A program made the translations under genes and the position numbers. A DNA stretch of 64,000 nt, taken from assembly GCA_010909165.1 (NCBI GenBank), contig VJWM01000119.1, positions 558,001 to 622,000 on the forward strand, in the 5' to 3' direction. The notes under the pieces are model-generated. The model was not told where the DNA came from. It worked only from the letters and a program-made list of their open reading frames with translations, and ran no database searches. Each line of letters starts with the position of its first letter. The first letter of the stretch is position 1. Origin of the DNA: Anthoceros angustus. Its lineage: Eukaryota > Plantae > Anthocerotophyta. Positions 63,253-64,000 of this stretch are shown piece after piece.

Positions 63253-64000
63253 GCGTCTGCTAGTTCTATGTCTATTTGTAGGCACAATTGTAGTCTGAGA
63301 TGTTTCTCATCTTGGGACCTGAAAACTAGGCCCAACTGCCCTTGGCCAGTGTTCTGCGAGACATGATTGCATCCAGTCTGGTGGTAGCGAGATAACATAT
63401 TGGTGTGCCGAGGGACAGGATTCAACCTGCTTTCGGGAGCTTGGAAATAGTGGAAGCAGAAGACTTAGGTGAGAGATGGGATTGCTTCTTAGGAAGATGT
63501 GAGAGTAATCATCTGTTGATAAAAAAGGACCTGCAGCTCTTGTGCACTCTGCTTAGTCATGTGGGGCTGAGTGAGTTCCATTGCGACAGCTCGTATCTCG
63601 TGGAAGATGTAATTTGTTTTAGTAACCCCAACCATTTTTTGGGTTTTAGCTTTGCCAAGCCAATAACTCACTGGCCTTCCTGATGTGCCCTGCTTGATTT
63701 GAAATTGAAAAGTTGGCTATGTACAAAGAAACAAGAACCTGACTTCTGAGCACGCACTAATTTGTTACCGGGAACGAGCAGAACATGGAAATTGGCCTGA
63801 ACGTATGAATGGCAGAAGCTATGTACCGTGTTTGTGTTCTGAACTACACACGTGGACTCCATTCTGATCACAACCTCACATTTCAAGCTGCTATGTAGAC
63901 ATGTTCTTCGTACTTGTACATTAAATCCTGGCCTGCAAATGCGACCTTCACATCCGAGCAGCTTCCTAATTGTACGCGGTACGGTGGGAATAGGGAAATT

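Overview
Gene-dense nuclear genomic DNA of a land plant. Short ~80-110 bp GT-AG introns, TTTAGGG repeats and the gene set suggest a non-seed plant such as a hornwort or lycophyte (inference). All homology calls are from recognised motifs; no database search was run. Host genes: HDC1/RXT3-like (13.3-16.4 kb +), At5g61240-type LRR protein (-), CUE-domain protein (+, with a 1.1 kb internal tandem duplication), uncharacterised transmembrane protein (-), class III peroxidase (-), LRR receptor-like protein (-), mitochondrial TatB-like (-), GINS PSF3 (+), TIM17 (+) and UDP-glucuronate 4-epimerase (+). An intronless, frameshifted glutathione reductase of bacterial/cyanobacterial type sits among the host genes (16.7-18.4 kb), a candidate horizontal transfer. 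Repetitive blocks: a tandem array of CRE/SLACS-like non-LTR retrotransposon fragments with a MITE (1-13 kb), and an AT-rich tandem repeat plus a near full-length CRE-like element carrying telomeric repeats inside its RT (28-36 kb). The most unusual feature is a ~9.9 kb Ty3/gypsy-type retroelement (36497-46405). It has a C5-cytosine DNA methyltransferase between protease and RT, a PHD finger on the integrase, an extra 3' ORF, and split direct repeats (A...B-A-B) in place of two ordinary LTRs, yet with TGTC...GACA ends and a 4-bp TSD. Repeat copies differ mainly by small indels, so many frameshifts and some tandem duplications may be long-read consensus errors.
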